This document shows, piece after piece, positions 1 to 12,190 of a stretch of DNA of 64,000 nt. The first letter of the stretch is position 1. Each line of letters starts with the position of its first letter. The notes under the pieces were generated by a model. That model did not search any database and had not been told where the DNA came from. It worked only from the letters and a program-made list of their open reading frames with translations. The DNA is from an uncultured Gemmatimonadaceae bacterium. GTDB taxonomy: Bacteria; Gemmatimonadota; Gemmatimonadetes; Gemmatimonadales; Gemmatimonadaceae. The stretch covers positions 192,001-256,000 of the forward strand of contig CAWHHI010000012.1 in NCBI GenBank assembly GCA_963829055.1, written 5' to 3'. A program made the translations under genes and the position numbers.

Positions 1-472
1 CGGACATCGCACCGGGAAGCAGCCGCACCGTCGCGTCCACGATCGCGAGCGCCGCGGGCTCGCCACCACTCAGCACGAAGTCGCCGAGCGAGATCTCTTC
101 GGTCGCGAGGAAATCCGCGACGCGCTGATCGATGTCTTTGTAGTGTCCACAGAGCAGCGTCAGCGTTTCGCTTCCCGCGAAGCGCACGGCGTCCGCATGG
201 CTGAACCGACGTCCGCGAGGCGACAGCAGCACGATCGGTCCCGCGATCTGAAGCGACTCGACGGCCTCGAAGAACGGCCCCGGCTTCATCACCATTCCCG
301 CACCGCCGCCATACGGGTAGTCGTCTACCGTCCGGTGCCGATCGTGAGTGAAGTCGCGGAGGTCAACGACGTTGTATGTCACGGCGCCGGCGGCCGCCGC
401 TCGCGCCGGAATGCTCAGCGCGAGCGGAGCCGCGAAGAACTCGGGAAAGATCGTGACGACATCGATCCTCAC
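1..472 (-). CDS. trmD: tRNA (guanine-N1)-methyltransferase, runs off the left edge
   Basis: Hand translation from GTG at 472 gives [13 protein letters not shown]...[16 protein letters not shown]...[13 protein letters not shown]...[14 protein letters not shown], the TrmD signature; follows rimM. Confidence 0.95.
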   Translation of the reverse strand, partial: MRIDVVTIFPEFFAAPLALSIPARAAAAGAVTYNVVDLRDFTHDRHRTVDDYPYGGGAGMVMKPGPFFEAVESLQIAGPIVLLSPRGRRFSHADAVRFAGSETLTLLCGHYKDIDQRVADFLATEEISLGDFVLSGGEPAALAIVDATVRLLPGAMS

Positions 473-1003
473 TCGAGCAAACCCTCGGGCGGATCGATCT
501 CCAGCCGACGCTCGGCGAGATCAACGCGGGTTACGACCTCACCACGAAACGGGATGAGGACGCTCCCACTCGGACGCCTAACGTCGAGCATGACGCCCTG
601 TGGCAACTCGTAGACGTCGGTCACCTCGCCGACAGGCTCGAGAGAGCCGGCGCGCACGACGGACAAGCCGAACAGGTCGTGGATGTAGACCTCACCTTCC
701 TCGACCGGCGCGAGCTCATTCACGCGGCGCGAGAAGGTAGCGCTCACGCCACAGCTCGGCCTCGTTGCGGTCGGCGATGCTATCGAACGCAACGATCCAC
801 CCGCCCTTGAATGGGCGGCTTTCCTCGACCACGAGCTCTCGTCGGTCGCGCGCGGGATCGCCATCGACGGTTCCCGCAAAAACACGACGGCCGGGCGCGA
901 AGACCGCGTCCGGCACGTTGGTCAGCGGCTCGACGACGAGCTCGCCGTGGATTCCGTGTGCTTTGCGGACGCGCCCGACGATCGCGAATTCGGGCGCCGT
1001 CAC
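469..1003 (-). CDS. rimM: 16S rRNA processing protein RimM (one apparent frameshift near 720-735)
   Basis: N-half [14 protein letters not shown] (ORF 716..1003) and C-half [12 protein letters not shown]...VLIPF...IDPPEGLLE (ORF 469..885); lies between rpsP and trmD. Confidence 0.92.
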
Positions 1004-1004
1004 G

Positions 1005-1340
1005 TCACTCCGCCGTGCCGGCGGGGGCGTCAGCAGCCGCCTCGCGGACCGGAACGGCCGCGGTGTTCAGCTTGCGGGCAAGACGCGCCTCGTGGCGGAC
1101 CTTCAGGAGCCCCGCCTTTCTGAGAAGCGAACGCACCGTGTCGCTCGGCTGAGCGCCGACGTCGAGCCAGTGATTCGCGCGCTCGGTGTTCAGCTGGACG
1201 GCCTGATCGCCCTGGCGCGGATAGTACTGGCCAATGATCTCGATGAAGCGTCCGTCGCGCGGGCTCGTCGACTCGGCGACGACAATGCGATAGGACGGCG
1301 AGTTCTTGCGGCCGGTGCGGCGAAGTCGAATGCGAACCAT
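1005..1340 (-). CDS. rpsP: 30S ribosomal protein S16
   Basis: MVRIRLRRTGRKNSPSYRIVVAESTSPRDGRFIEIIGQY...GAQPSDTVRSLL. Confidence 0.97.
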   Translation of the reverse strand: MVRIRLRRTGRKNSPSYRIVVAESTSPRDGRFIEIIGQYYPRQGDQAVQLNTERANHWLDVGAQPSDTVRSLLRKAGLLKVRHEARLARKLNTAAVPVREAAADAPAGTAE

Positions 1341-1447
1341 GGTGTGTTTCCCGTTAGGCGTGTCGTACACAACGCTGGGTTCCTCGCGCCTCCGGAAGGT
1401 CCGGAACGCACCCAGCAAGCAGCAACTAGCAAGCGGTAGCCAGCAAG

Positions 1448-2780
1448 TTACCGCATCCCCATCATCCCGGGCGGCAATCGCATGCCGCCGCCTGACGAGG
1501 CCTTCTTCATCATCTTCTTCATGTCGCGGAACTGCTCCAGCAGTCGGTTGACTTCGTTCGTCGGCCGGCCCGAGCCTTTCGCGATACGTGAGCGTCGCGA
1601 CCCGTTGATCAGAGTCGGATCCTTTCGCTCTGCAGGCGTCATGGAGAGCACGATCGCTTCGACGTGCTTCATGCGCTTCGGATCGAGATTGGCCTGCTTG
1701 AGCATTTTGGAATTCACGCCAGGAAGCATCTTCAGGATCCCTTCGATGGGACCGAGCTTCTGCATCTGACGCATGGCGGTGAGCATGTCGTTCAGGTCCA
1801 TGCCTTCCTTGCGGACCTTTTTCTCCAGCTTCCTCGCCTCGTCCTCGTCGAACGCCGACTGCGCCTTCTCGACGAGCGAGACCACGTCGCCCATCTGGAG
1901 AATGCGGCCGGCCATGCGCTCAGGATGGAACTCCTCGAGCGCATCGGTCTTCTCGCCGACGCCGATGTACTTGATCGGCTTCTTCGTGACGCCGTAGATC
2001 GACAGCGCCGCGCCACCGCGCGCGTCGCCATCGAGCTTCGTGAGAATCACACCGGTTATCGACAGCGCCTGGTCGAAGCCCTGCGCGATTCGCACGGCCT
2101 CCTGACCGGTCATGCCGTCGGCCACCAGAAGGATCTCGTCGGGGTGAACGGCTTCTTTCACCTTTACGAGCTCCTTCATCATCTCTTCATCGATCTGCAG
2201 TCGGCCTGCGGTGTCGATGATCACAACGCGGTCGCGGGCGCGGCGGGACTGTTCGATCCCCTGCTTCACGATCCGCACGACGTCCTTTGTCGTGCGATCG
2301 GCGTACACGGGAATCTCGAGCTGCGCACCGAGTGTTTCGAGCTGATCGATGGCGGCCGGCCGATACACGTCCGCGGCGATCAGTCGCGTGGGTCGCGACT
2401 CACCCTTGAGACGACGCGCGAGCTTGGCAGCGGTCGTCGTCTTACCCGACCCCTGTAGCCCCACCATCATCACGATCGTCGGTGGGAGTGGAGCTATGCT
2501 TGAGTCCCTCTCGATGCTCGCCGAGCATGGCGGCGAGCTCGTCGTGGACAATCTTGACCAGTTGTTGCGCGGGGGAGACCGTGCGCAACGCCGACACGCC
2601 GACGGACTTCTTCTCGACGCGCTCCAGGAACTCGCGCGTCAGCTGGAAGTTTACGTCAGCTTCGAGGAGAACTCGGCGAACCTCGCGGAGTCCTTCCTTG
2701 ATGTCGGCATCAGTAAGGACGCCACGGCCACGGAGGCGCGCAAACGTCGCTTCGAGTTTCTCGGACAGCTCATCGAACAT
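1448..2780 (-). CDS. ffh: Signal recognition particle protein Ffh (apparent frameshift near 2500)
   Basis: MFDELSEKLEATF N-domain, GLQGSGKTT, DTAGR, TKLDGDARGG, SRRSRIAKGSG and a Met-rich M domain. Confidence 0.96.
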
Positions 2781-2892
2781 AGCCGTTAAACGTAGATAGC
2801 CGTGCGGGTTGAAGCAACCGCAGATGGCTGTCATTCCGGGCCTATCTTGTTAGCTTACCCGGTCCCTTCCCCCTCGCCGCCGCAGACGTCGC

Positions 2893-5347
2893 ATGGCTCG
2901 TAACCAACGTAAAGAAGAGATCCTCAAATCCGAGCTCCCGCCGGCGCTGCCGCTCATGGCGCTGCGGTCCACCATCGTCTATCCGCTTGGTACGATCGCG
3001 GTGCAGATGGGGGCTCCGGAAAACCTGGCCCTGCTGCGCGCCAACGAGGAAGCGGGCCTGATCGTCGCTCTCGTCGTCGCCAGTGGCGATCACGATGAGC
3101 CGGTCGAGCCTGGAAAGTTCGTTGGGCGGGTGGGCGTTGCCGCCCGGGTGCATGAGCGGATCAATCTGCCGGGCGACACGGTGCAGATCACGCTGCAGGG
3201 ACTTCGTCGCATCACGATCGAGTCGATCGAGCAGACGAGCCCCTACGCTATCGCGTCGATCAAGGCGGCCAGAGAAACGCCGGCCGAGCCGGCGGAGCTC
3301 GAGGATCTCGTGGCGCGGGTGGTATCCGCCGCCGAGACGCTCGCGGACCTCGTCGACCGCATTCCCGGACGAGGTGCCGCAGATCCTCAAGATGAACGTG
3401 TCCGATCCAGGACGGTTCGCCGACCTCGCGGCCACGAACATGAACTTCCGGATCTCGGACAAGGACGAAGTCCTGCAGCGGCTCGATGTCGGCCAGCGCA
3501 TTCGGTTCATCCTGTCGCGCCTCGAGCGCGAAGTCGCGCGCGCTCGCGTCATGGAAGACGTGAAGCGCCAGACCGAGGTGAAGATCGAGCAGCATCAGCG
3601 CGAGTTCTATCTGCGCCAGCAGCTCCGCGCGATTCAGGCGGAGCTCGGCGAGGCAGACCCCGGTGAGAAGGAAGCCCTCGACACGCTCAAGAAGATCGAA
3701 GAGGCGAAGCTTCCCGAGAAGGTGGCGCAGGAAGCTCGGCGTGAGACCGAGCGGCTGCGCATGCTCTCACCGGCATCGAGCGAGTATCAGGTCATTCGCA
3801 CGTACATGGACTGGATCCTGTCGCTGCCGTGGCACAAGCGGTCGGGCGACGAGGAGATCGCGCTCAAGAAAGTGGAGGAGGCGCTCGACACGCGGCACTA
3901 CGGGTTGCTCGAGGCGAAAGAGCGCATCATCGAGTTTCTCGCGGTGCGCAAGCTCAGAGGCGGCGATCCGCATGGCCCCATTCTTTGCCTTGTCGGCCCC
4001 CCCGGCACCGGCAAGACGTCGTTAGGCGAGGCGATCGCGAAAGCCATCGGGCGCGAGTTCTACCGCATCTCCGTCGGCGGCGTCCGCGACGAAGCGGAGA
4101 TTCGCGGGCATCGACGGACGTACGTCGGCGCGCTTCCGGGGCTGCTCATCCAGGCGCTCAGGCGCGTGGGCGTGAAAGACCCGGTGCTCATGATCGACGA
4201 GATCGACAAGATGTCCGCCGGCGGACCGTCCGGCGATCCCACCGCGGCGATGCTCGAAGTACTCGACCCGTCGCAGAACGACGAGTTCGTCGATCACTAC
4301 CTGAATCTCCCGTTCGATCTTTCGGCCTGTCTGTTCATCTGCACGGCGAACAACCTGTTCGACATTCCGGCGCCGCTCCGCGACCGGATGGAAGTCATTC
4401 GCATCGCGGGGTACACGGTCGAGGAGAAGGTCGAGATCGCGTGGCGGTATCTCATGCCGCGGCTGCTCGAGGAGCATGGCATCACCGACAAGGACATTCA
4501 GTTCACGGACGAGGTGCTCAGCTTCATCTCGGGCCGCTACTCGCGTGAGGCAGGTCTCCGCAACTTCGAGCGCAACCTCGCGTCGATCATGCGGAAGCGC
4601 GCGCGGGCCAAGGCCGAGGGCGAAGAGGGCGCGTGGATCATCGACCTCGCGCGCGTCGAGCACATCCTCGGTGCGCCGCGCTACGCCATGGAAGAAGCGG
4701 AGAAGGAACCGGAGATCGGCGTCGTCACCGGCCTCGCCTGGACGTCGACCGGCGGTGACATCATGCTCATCGAGGCGCTGCGCATGGCAGGCAGCGGTCG
4801 CCTAACGGTAACCGGCCAGCTCGGTGACGTGATGCGCGAGTCCGTGGACGCCGCTCTGTCGTTCGTGCGGTCGCGCGCGAAGGTGTTGGAGATTCCGGAG
4901 CAGGACTTCCGCGAGAGCGACCTGCACATCCACTTCCCCGCGGGCGCGATTCCCAAGGACGGACCGAGCGCGGGCATCGCCGTCACGCTCGCCATCGCCA
5001 GCGTGTGGAGCCGGCGCCCCGTTAGGCGCGACGTCGCCATGACGGGCGAGGTGACGCTGCGCGGCAAGGTGCTGGAGATCGGCGGCGTCAAGGAAAAGAC
5101 CCTCGCGGCGTATCGCGCCGGTCTGCGCGAGGTGATCATGCCGAAGGGGAACGAAAAGGATCTGCGCGACGTGCCGCCGGAGGTGCGCGCGAACATGGCG
5201 TTCACGTTCGTGGCGACGATGGACGAGGTGCTCCGTCTTGCGCTGCTGCCAGCGCCGGCGCCGGAGCTGGCCGATCAGGTCGCACCGGAGATTCAGCCGA
5301 CGTCTGATCGCGCCACCGCCGAAGCGGAGGCGGTGCCGGCGGACTAG
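2893..5347 (+). CDS. lon: Lon ATP-dependent protease, copy 1 (apparent frameshift near 3365)
   Basis: LON N-domain (LPLMALRSTIVYP), Walker [33 protein letters not shown] catalytic Ser, IGGVKEK catalytic Lys. Confidence 0.95.
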
Positions 5348-5372
5348 TTCCCGCTCGGGATGCCGTTGCGCG

Positions 5373-6683
5373 TCAATCGCGCAACGTCACCTTCGTCAGG
5401 TCGATCGCGTCGGTGGGCGCGCCGGTCGGCACGTCCATGTAGAGGACGACCGGGCGTCCGCCGACTTCGGTCGTCGTGATCTGGATCGTGCGGCCGCCGA
5501 CGTCATAGGTGCGGGCCTCGCTGCTTGCAGCACGCGGTTTGGCGTTGCGGTAGCGCTTCAGGATGACCGTGTCGACGATGTCGAAGAATTCGCCGGCGTC
5601 GATTCTCGAGTCCCACACCGTCACCCACGCAATGCCGTCGCCGCCCTTCGTGTCGAACAGCACGAAGCGATCGCCATCCCAACCGGCGGCGCCGCGGATT
5701 GCCGCGTTCTGATCCTGCAGGTGCTGGAACAGGAACAGACGCGTCTCGAACTCGCCAAGGTTGTTCGAGTACACGCTCTTCGCTCCGCCGCGTGAGCTCC
5801 GGTAGCGTGACGACTGTTGGCGGATCGGCCTTGTCGAAGTAGGCGGACGTGTGGAGGATCTGCTCCGTCGACAGCGGCATCTCCGCCAAATGGAACCTTG
5901 CCCGGTCGCGTTTCGTCGAAGTGGCGCATGAACTCGGCGCCGCTCAGATACGGGAAGATCAGCGTCTCCTGGATGATCATCGGCGCGGACGAGAACACGG
6001 GCATGCTGCTCTGGCCTTCCCGGATCATGTCGCGCACGCGATCCCATCCGCCCGGCAGCTGTGCCGCGAGGTTACTCGTGCCGAGCATCGCCTGCACCTG
6101 CTCGAACGTCGCCTGCCCTTCGATGACGGCCTGCGCCGCGACCTGACGATCGTTGTCGCCCGTGATCTTCTGAATCGAGTCGAGATTCAGATACTGATCC
6201 TGTAGCGCGTGCACGAGCTCGTGGGTCACCGTCACGCCGACCATTGCCGGGTCGGCGCCGTCGACGACGTACAGGACCTTCGTGGCCGGATCGTAGTAGC
6301 CGACGACCTGCTCCGTGAGCAGCTCGAGCATGAACGGGCGCAGTTGCAGCGTATCGGAGATGAGCCCGAAGCGGCGATACGTGCGCTCGATGCGCGCTGA
6401 TCTCGGCCGCGGGCATCGACTCGTTGAACTTCTGCATGAGGAACGAGCGGACCTCGTCCTTCGATCGCCGCTCGACCTTCGGTGGCGTCTTGAAGGGCAA
6501 CCCGACCGCTTTCTCGATGCGCGGCACCGCGTCGTTCACTTCCTTTGCATAGGGGCCGGAGTTGCTCGCTGCGGAGCCTTTCGCTGCAGCGCCGCCGTCT
6601 CGCGAGCACGCACCTAACGTTGCGAGTGCCAACGAGCACAGGGCCGCGAGCGCACGTGCCCTAACGAGTCTTACTCCGTCCAT
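5373..6683 (-). CDS. Putative lipoprotein with zincin-like HExxH metallopeptidase motif (two apparent frameshifts)
   Basis: Lipobox-like LGAC; VVGYYDP...HELVHALQDQ...EGQA; FPYLSGAEF; AAGWDGD; pieced together from three frames. Confidence 0.65.
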
Positions 6684-7886
6684 GTCACGTCCTTTGAAGT
6701 GGCGAGCCTGACGACGCGTGCAATATCATGACCCCGGACGACGATGCCCTGCTCCGCGAGCACGCGCTGCAACTCCGCGTCGAGCGCCGCCAGCGACGTT
6801 GGGTCGTCGGACGACGCGCGGGGCGGACTGGCTGGACGCTCGCGGCGCAGACGTGGCGGCGGCGCCGTTGGTGGACGCTGCCGCGGCTTCGGGCACGCCA
6901 GCCGGCGGAACGAAGATCGCCTCGATCTCCGCGCCGAACCGCTCCAACGCGGCGAAGCCGTTGCGGGCCATCCGCTCGATTGGATCGTCCTCGGGATCGA
7001 CGCGATCCATCGGCTCCTCCACGGTCTCGGAACGCGGCTGCTGCCGTTCCGCTCCCTTCCGTTCCGGACGAGCCGCCGCAAGCGCGCGCCGACGTCGAAT
7101 GAGCTCCTGCGCGCGCTCCGAGTACTCTGCCACGGCGTGCGTGTGCGCACAGGCTTCGTCGAGCGCGTCGATGGCGCGATCCGGCCGCATGCGATCCGTC
7201 TCGTACCGATCGGTGAGCTCGACGGCCGCGCGCACCGCGGATTCGGTGATGACGACGTTATGATGGCGTTCGAGTCGCTCGACGCGGGCCCTGATGATGT
7301 CGAGCGTCTCATCGGCGGACAGCTCGCGAACGAGGACACGCTGAAACCGCCGCTCGAGCGCGGGGTCACCGCAGACCCAGCGTTCGTACTCGTCGTTCGT
7401 GGTCGCGCCGATCACGCGGAAGTCGCCGCGGACGAGCGCCGGCTTGAGCATGTTGCCGGCATCCATCGCGACGCCCATGGCGGTGCCCTGCCCAATCAGG
7501 TTGTGCAGCTCATCGATGAACAGCACGACGTCGGGTGACGCGGTCGTGTCGGCAACGAGGCGTCGAATGCGCTCCTCGTAGTCGCCGCGGTACGTGGTGC
7601 CCGCGAGGAGCGAGACGTGGTCGACGGCCATGATGCGCGTGCCGCGCAGCGACAGCGGCACATCGTTCGCCGCGAGCCGCTGCGCGAGCCCTTCGACGAT
7701 CGCCGTCTTGCCGACGCCGGCTGGACCCACCAGTGCAGGATTGTTCTTGCCGTGACGGAGCAGGATGTCCATCACGCGGGAGATCTCTTCGGCGCGGCAT
7801 CGCACCGGTTCGAGACGACCTTCGCGCGCATCCGCGGTCAGGTCGCGCGCATAGCGTCCGAGAACGCCGTCAGATTGGCGGGCCAT
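6671..7886 (-). CDS. Clp/Hsp100-like AAA+ ATPase with only the first nucleotide-binding domain (apparent frameshift in 3' part)
   Basis: RYARDLT...KNNPALVGPAGVGKT, LFIDELH, DAGNMLKPAL, IGATT, DPALERRFQ, PDRAIDALDEA; alternate frame ends HDIARVVRLAT, resembling the Clp EDIAEVVSRWTG segment. Confidence 0.8.
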
Positions 7887-7943
7887 GGGGTCAGCTTTGA
7901 GACATCGCAGCGTCTCGCTGCGTGACACTCATCCGGGTGCGGA

Positions 7944-8812
7944 TCATCCGGGTCCGGTCATGCGGCCGGCGTACCAGCCGATGAGGTCATATCCCCAAAG
8001 CAAAGTGGCGAGCGCGGCGGGCGCAAGGAAAACACCGAATGGAACGTGTGGCAGCTCAGCTGGCGCGTCGCCGAGTGCGAGGTCGAATTGCGGCTCGGCA
8101 CTGGTTCGCGACGGAGCCGCGAGAGCGGGTACACGACGCCCAGGAACGCGACGACACCGATCACCGCGCCAACGAACACGACGAGCAGCGCTCGTCCCGG
8201 ACCAACGGCCGCGCCGATCACCGCCATGAGCGTCACGTCGCCAAAGCCCATCGCTTCCTTCTTGAGCGCGACCTCGCCCAACCAGCCGGCAATGGCGATC
8301 GCGCCGGCGCCGGCGCACGCGCCGATCATCGCATCGTACGGATCCGCAAACGGCGACGGCTGATTGAGCATTGTGCCCACGACCGCGGTCAGGAACACCC
8401 ACAGCAATCCGAATACGGTGAAGCCGTCAGGGATGAGGTAGTGTCGCGCATCCGTGACGGCGATACCGAGTAGCACGGTTCCGAGCACCGCGACGCGAAC
8501 CGCGGTGAACGTCGGGCCAAACGCGAGCACGGTTCCCAGCCATCCGAGGCCAGTGATCAATTCGATCGCCGGATAGAGCGTGGAGATCGGCAGCGCACAG
8601 CCGCGGCATTTACCGCGCAGCAGGACCCAACTCAGAATCGGGATGTTGTCGAGCGCCGTGATCGGGCGCTCGCAGCGCGGACAGCGAGAGCGAGGACGCA
8701 CGACGGAGAGATCGTGCGGCCATCGCGTTATGCAGACGTTGAGAAACGATCCCACGCATGCGCCGACGACGAATGCGAAGAGCAGCTCGGGCCAGACGGT
8801 GACGGGCGTCAC
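7944..8812 (-). CDS. pilD: Type IV prepilin peptidase / methyltransferase (apparent frameshift near 3' end)
   Basis: GSFLNVCI, RSRCPRC, IPILSWVLLRGKCRGC, MGFGD; alternate frame supplies VPFGVFL. Confidence 0.9.
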
Positions 8813-9568
8813 GGGCGAAGCTCGTAGAGGAGAATACCGGCGGCAACGGCGACGTTCAGCGACTCGACGGAGTCGGCGAGCGGCAGCGCGACAAAGTGAG
8901 GCGACGAGCGGCGTAGCTCATCGCTCAAGCCACTGCCTTCGTTGCCCACGGCGAGCGCCAGACGGCGCGGCGCCGTGGCACGATCGACGGGCGTGCCGCG
9001 CGCGTCTGCGCCCCACAACGGCATACTGGCGCCGTCGAGGAACAGTCGGAGCTCGTCCCATGTACAATGAAGTGCCGGGTGGAAGAAGTGAGCGCCCATT
9101 GCGCTACGGACGACTTTGGCGTTCCACAGGTCAACGGTTCCCGGAAGTGCGACTGTGGCGGTGGCGCCAAGGGCGGCTGCGGTACGCACCAGGGTGCCGA
9201 CGTTGCCGGGGTCCTGGATGCCATCCAGCACGAGCACGCGGGCAGGATCGGACAGTCGCATAGTCCTGCAGCGCGCGCCTGGGGATTTCGGCGATGATGA
9301 GGATGCCTTGTGGAGTCTCTGTCTCGCTCGCGCTTTCGAATTCGGCGGCGGTGACGTCGGTGACCTCTATGTTCCGCGCCGTGAGGGCGTCACGCAGTGC
9401 GGTGCCGCGCGCGTTCGATGTGAGCTGCGGCGAGGTGAGCGCGCCGACGATGCGCAGCGCGGATCGCGCGAGCTCTTCGCCCGCGCGAACGCCTTCGACG
9501 ACGAATAGTGCATTGCGATCGCGTGCTTTGCGACGGCGGAGGTCGCGTGCTAACGTCAGTAGTCGCAC
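8809..9568 (-). CDS. TrmH/SpoU-family RNA 2'-O-methyltransferase (apparent frameshift near 9260)
   Basis: FVVEGVR, ETPQGI, LDGIQDPGNVGTLVRTA, GNEGSGLS, ESLNVAVAAGILLYE. Confidence 0.9.
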
Positions 9569-9642
9569 AGTATTACGTGGGACCAGTCGATTGGAATGCC
9601 TCTTGCCTTTTTTAGGCTGAGCAATACAGACCAGGAGCAAGC

Positions 9643-10453
9643 ATGAAACGTATACTCATCGGGTTGGCGCTCGCGGCGACGGGATCTGCTTGCGCGATCT
9701 CGACGCAGCAAGAAGTGCAGATGGGAACTGAATACGCGCAACAGATCAATGCGCAGCTTCCCGTCGTCAAAGATCCCGAAATCGTCCGCTACATCAACGT
9801 GATCGGCGACTCGATCGCGAAGCTCACGGATGACCGCCATCTGGATTGGCAGTTCTTCGTCGTGAACGCGGCCGAGGTGAACGCGTTCGCCGTGCCCGGT
9901 GGCTACGTCTACGTGAATCGCGGGCTCATCGAGCGCGCGCAGCGCATGGATCAACTCGCGGGCGTGTTGGGGCACGAGATCGGACACGTGACGCGTCGTC
10001 ACTCCGTGCAGCAGATGCAGAAGGCGCAGGAGCGCGAACATCGGTGTGACGCTGGCGTGCGTGCTCACGAGCGTGTGTAACAACCAGGCAACTGGAGCCG
10101 CGATCGACGTGGCGGGCGGTGCGCTGTTCGCGAAGTTCAGCCGCGACGATGAGGCGGAAGCCGATGCCGAAGGCGTGAAGAACGTCGTGCGCGCGGGCAT
10201 CGACCCGCGCGGAATCCCGGAGATGTTCCAGATCCTGCTGAACGAGCGCGAATCCTCGCCGTCATCGGTGAGCTCGTTTTTCGCCACGCACCCGCTCGAG
10301 GAGGATCGCATTCAGGCGACGCAGGCGCAGATCGCGAAGATCGCCCCCACGATCCTGAATGGCTTGACGAAGGACAGCCAGAGCTTCCAGGCGTTCAAGC
10401 AGCGCGTTCGTGCGCTCCCTGCTCCCCCGCCGCCGCCGCGGGCGAGTCAGTAA
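9643..10453 (+). CDS. M48-family metallopeptidase lipoprotein (apparent frameshift near 10030)
   Basis: [35 protein letters not shown]. Confidence 0.9.
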
Positions 10454-10473
10454 CTCGCGGACAGGATGAACGC

Positions 10474-10516
10474 AGAAACGGCCTCGGGGACGCATTCAGT
10501 CTCCCGAGGCCGTTTC
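10474..10516 (+). terminator. Probable intrinsic terminator hairpin
   Basis: gaaacggcctcggg...cccgaggccgtttc inverted repeat just after the M48 stop. Confidence 0.55.
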
Positions 10517-10543
10517 TTCAGGTAGTCGACCATTCTTCTCTCC

Positions 10544-11323
10544 ATGCACATTGCACTCACCATCGCCGGCTCCGACTCGGGCGGCGGCGCTGGCATCCAG
10601 GCAGACCTCAAGACGTTTCACCGGTTCGGCGTGTACGGAACGTCGGCCATCACGGCGTTGACGGCGCAGAACACGCGCGGTGTCGATCGAGTGGATCGCT
10701 GTGGACGCCAGCGTTCGTGCGACGGCAGATCGATGCCGTCGCGTCCGATCTGCGGCCGCACGCCGTGAAGAGCGGCATGCTCGGGACGGCCGCCATCGTG
10801 CGCGCAGTCGCCGACAGCGTGCGCGAACACCGGCTTGCACCGTTCGTCGTCGATCCCGTGATGGTCGCGACGTCAGGCGACCCGCTACTCGACACCAGCG
10901 CCGTCACGGCGGTTCGCGATGACCTAACGCCGCTCGCCGACCTCATCACGCCCAACCTCGACGAGGTCGCGGTGCTTCTCGGAGTGCGTCCTCGAGACGA
11001 AGGTGAAATGTGCGATGCGGCCGAGCGTTTGGTGCGCGAGCTCGGGGCGCGCGCGGCGCTCGTGAAGGGCGGCCATCTCGACGGCCACGACATCGTCGAC
11101 GTCCTGTACGACGGCCAGCTGCACATTCTGGCGGCGACCACGGATCGTTACCAGCAGCACGCACGGCACCGGCTGTACGCTGTCCGCCGCTATCGCGGCG
11201 CTACTCGCGCTCGGGCATTCGCTGCCGGATGCCGTGATGGAGGCGCTCGCGTTCGTCCAGCGCGCCATCGAGACGGCCCCCGGACTCGGCGGCGGACACG
11301 GCCCGCTCAACCACTGGGCCTAA
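10544..11323 (+). CDS. thiD: Hydroxymethylpyrimidine/phosphomethylpyrimidine kinase (two apparent frameshifts)
   Basis: [76 protein letters not shown]. Confidence 0.92.
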
Positions 11324-11349
11324 CGCATCACCACGCGAGCCGCGGGCGG

Positions 11350-12190
11350 TCAAAGCTCGCGCACCCACTCGAGTACGACAGCCTCGAACCGTCCGGCCGC
11401 CTCACGCGTCGTCGCGATCACTTCCTCGTGATCGATGGGAGCCGTCGTGATCCCGCACGCGAGGTTGGTCACACAGCTCATGCCGGCAACCCGCATCCCG
11501 CTGGCCCTCGCGGCAATGACTTCGGGCACAGTGGACATGCCAATAGCGTCGAGACCGAAGCGTTCGAGCATCCGCACTTCCGCGGGTGTTTCGTACGAAG
11601 GGCCTAACGCCCAGCCGTAGACCCCTTCGACGAGCGATACACCCGCCCGTTTCCCGGCCTGGTGCAACGCCGCTCGCAGCGCAGCGTCGTAGGGGTTGGA
11701 CATGTCCGGGAACCGATCATCACCCGGCTCGACCGCGCCGAACAGCGGGTTCCGTCCGGTCAGGTTCGCGTGGTCCGCTATGACCATCAGGTCGCCCGGG
11801 CGGAACGTTCGCCGGATCCCCCCCGCCGCGTTGGACACGAACAACACCTCGGCGCCTAACGCCGCGAGGACACGCGCCGGTAACGCGGCGAGGGTGGCGT
11901 CGTGGCCCTCGTACATGTGAAACCGTCCCGCCAGCGCGACGGCAGGCCGGCCTGCCAGCGATCCCGCGACGAGCATGCCGGGATGCCCGATGACCGTGGG
12001 CGTGGGGAAACCGGGAATGTCGGCGTACGCGACACGCCGCGCGTTTTCGAAGCGCCCAGCCAGACCGGCGAGCCCGGAGCCCAGGATGAGGCCCACGGCC
12101 GGTGTCTCTGTTCCGATGCGATCCTGGATCGCTCGGGCGGCCTGAGCGGCGGCCGCTTTGCCGAATCGAGGAACTCGCGGTCACACTCAC
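11350..12190 (-). CDS. punA: Purine nucleoside phosphorylase, trimeric type (N-terminus apparently frameshifted)
   Basis: GLILGSGL, YADIPGFP, GRFHMYEG, SNAAGG, GPSYETPAE, GMSTVPE, VTN. Confidence 0.92.
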
